A stretch of 64,000 nucleotides of DNA from Chrysomallon squamiferum. Taxonomy: Eukaryota; Animalia; Mollusca. The DNA is taken from assembly GCA_012295275.1 (NCBI GenBank), contig CM022677.1:20460001-20524000 (forward strand), in the 5' to 3' direction. Position numbers and translations under genes: made by a program. Positions 57,213 to 64,000 of this stretch are shown here, piece by piece. The notes under the pieces are model-generated. The model made no database searches and was not told where the DNA came from. It was given only the letters and a program-made list of their open reading frames with translations. The number at the start of each line of letters is the position of its first letter. Position 1 is the stretch's first letter.

Positions 57213-58007
57213 AGACATTTTTATTATAAAATTTGATATTTCTACATTTACTGCTGATTTATATCCTTTGATCATGTCTACCTTCTAAATGTATATTATG
57301 TACCACAAAAATTAATTTAAATGTTATCCAATTTTTTTTTTTTTTTTTTACAAAGTATTGGCATTTTCTTTCACTGTATAGAAAACTGTAGAATACGTCT
57401 GCCAGCGTCCCTATTGTAGCACTGTTATATTATGTTCCATGTGAACCGTGTGTAATTTTTCAGTAGTGTATTTTCATAATGTTATGGTGTCCTTTTTGTC
57501 ATGGATCCCTACGTCATCAGAAAAGCTGGATAATCCCCAGCAACATATTTTACAAAAATTATACTGAAGGGACGTAACTAATGTCTGAAATAGTTCTTTA
57601 GACACACATTTCCATAAACTGTCTGGAATGTCTCAGGGCTTCAACTACTGCAGTTTCGTTACTTTGTGCAGCTATACTTTTTATTTTATGTGTTATTGTT
57701 ATTATTATTGTTTTTTTTTCATCATCATCATCATTCCAAGATTCTCGTCGAAACAGATTTACAAACAAACAAGCTTCTCAGTTAATTTTAGCCTCCATTA
57801 TATTAATCTTTCACTATTAATTAATCAACTTATTCACTGTTATTATTATGATTACTACTACTACTACTACTACTCATATTCCTGCTCCTCTTACTACTGC
57901 TACTATTACTACTAAAACAACAACAGTTACTACTACTACTACTTCTATTATAGTATACTTACCATTTTTTGTTTCTTTTACAGAGTATGCGAAACATTTA
58001 GACTGAA

Positions 58008-63280
<5,273 letters not shown>

Positions 63281-63343
63281 GTAATTTTCTGTTTTACAGT
63301 TTCTATTTTTGATATATATGTAGTTCCATTTGTTTTTGTAATG

Positions 63344-63380
<37 letters not shown>

Positions 63381-63801
63381 TTTGTTTGCATATATGTATG
63401 TACGTAGTATATGTCTATGTATGTGTTACTATAATTATTATTATTGTTTTTATTGATCTTATTATTATTTACTGCTGACTCTTTCTGTCTTTTTTATGTT
63501 TAATATTTTAATTAGTTTATTTATTTATTTATTTTCGTAACAACAATAAAAATAAACAAACGAAGGAGGCGGAAGTGACTACGTTCCACCATCAGGTAAA
63601 ATCAGTTGACATTTTCAGACTAATTTATTTAATTTATAGATTGTCTTAGTTGTTTTCTAGTTGGAGTCACTGAAGAGGTAATTAAGAACATAAATAAATA
63701 CATAAACAAATTTAAAAAGCAAAATTTTAAAAGAATGCGGCAGAAAAGGAAATTATAAAACAAACAAGCACTCAAACAAATAAATAAATAAATAAATAAA
63801 A

Positions 63802-63860
<59 letters not shown>

Positions 63861-64000
63861 ATACATAAACAAAATAAATAAATAAATAAATGATACATTG
63901 ATGAAGAAGGCCATTTATTTATTTTTGTTTTAAAAATATAATAATTATATTGTTATTATGGCAATTATAAATTGTAGTAATTGGATTATTATTACTAAGC

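Overview
AT-rich, microsatellite-dense, intron-containing animal genomic DNA. The repeat landscape and TE types suggest an invertebrate such as a mollusc/cephalopod, but that is inference only. Most supplied ORFs are microsatellite or minisatellite artefacts. Manual splicing reveals a tandem cluster of paralogous single-pass membrane protein genes: signal peptide - LRRNT/LRR/LRRCT (one ~1.46 kb exon) - variable number of TSP1-like exons - variable number of short EGF-like exons - micro-exon stalk - TM exon - cytoplasmic exon. Gene A (+, 5883-22950) has 3 TSP1 and 10 intact plus 1 broken EGF. Gene B (-, 38095-27554) has 3 TSP1, 2 EGF and a ~297-aa repeat tail. Gene C (-, 55052-41047) has 4 TSP1, 2 EGF and a 6-aa tail. 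Gene D (+, from 58008, probably continuing past the window end) has at least 5 TSP1. The last exon of a probable further paralog lies at 291-705. Paralogs B/C/D show a divergent N-terminal LRR region on a homogenised LRR scaffold (gene-conversion-like mosaicism), B and D share a 1-nt frameshift, and tandem repeats recur at splice sites. A degenerate Ginger2-like DNA transposon with ~130-bp TIRs and a nested LINE remnant sits in a gene C intron. All exon models were derived by eye from GT-AG sites and frame continuity, without transcript evidence.
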